A program made the translations under genes and the position numbers. A stretch of DNA of 63,413 bases, the filler included. It is 4 parts of 4 records of this genome, joined end to end, with 100 filler letters (N's around TTAATTAATTAA, not from the genome) between each part and the next. Parts side by side here need not be neighbours in the genome. Positions count along the whole stretch, not along the records: positions 56,707 to 63,413 come from SRR20825019_1642; 3 more parts are not named here. One strand, given 5' to 3'. Of the stretch, positions 63,198-63,413 are shown one piece after another (position 1 is the first letter of the stretch; each line of letters begins with the position of its first letter). The notes beneath the pieces were generated by a model. It was not told where the DNA came from and did no database searches. It saw only the letters and a list, made by a program, of their open reading frames with translations.

Positions 63198-63367
63198 GCC
63201 GGATGCATACATCAAAAACGTCCGGGACATATGGCGGGATCGGTATCAGATACGGATGATTGCCGTCACCGTGGAAGCAAACCGGACGGCAAGCCGAATA
63301 GCCTTCCTGATTTTCCCCTTGCACCCATCGCCGGGACGTCCTAAGTAGCCGTTCCCGCGCAAGATAT

Positions 63368-63413
63368 GCCGCAGTAGCTCAGGTGGTAGAGCACGTCATT
63401 CGTAATGATGGGG
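63368..63413 (+). tRNA. tRNA-Thr(CGT), 5' part (truncated by window end)
   Basis: GCCGCAG-TAGCTCAGGTGGTAGAGC D-arm; anticodon arm CGTCA-TTCGTAA-TGATG. Confidence 0.9.

Overview
This window is not one genomic locus. It is four contigs joined by artificial 100-nt linkers (N44-TTAATTAATTAA-N44) at 23711-23810, 47539-47638 and 56607-56706. (1) 1-23710 is a GC-rich alphaproteobacterial contig (Rhodospirillales-like): partial prpE/acs, a degenerate EAL-like protein, azlCD, a GlxA-type AraC regulator, a CblC/QueG-like Fe-S protein, trcR (DUF1013), tandem 3-hydroxybutyrate dehydrogenases, ubiX, a metY operon, a Cle-like response regulator plus Hpt pair, and the conserved yebC-ruvCAB-ybgC-tolQRAB-pal-cpoB-tilS-ftsH block. 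(2) 23811-47538 is a compact eukaryotic (protist-like) contig with ~50-nt GT-AG introns. It encodes TMEM53, a hypothetical protein, an FN3 membrane protein, a domesticated CENP-B/pogo protein, a degenerate GDPD, an M14 peptidase, a PH-PH-adenylate cyclase-STAND-ATPase fusion, glutamate-cysteine ligase and an RRM-SPOC protein, with very GC-rich islands upstream of gene starts. (3) 47639-56606 is an AT-rich Bacteroidota-like contig: ppa, ftsK, arginase-argS-DUF389. (4) 56707-63413 is an alphaproteobacterial contig: cobK, cbiD, cobA, cobB, fur, a hypothetical protein and a partial tRNA-Thr. No CRISPR array or intact mobile element was seen. The most novel candidates are in the eukaryotic contig. 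All family assignments come from motif recognition by eye; no database searches were run.
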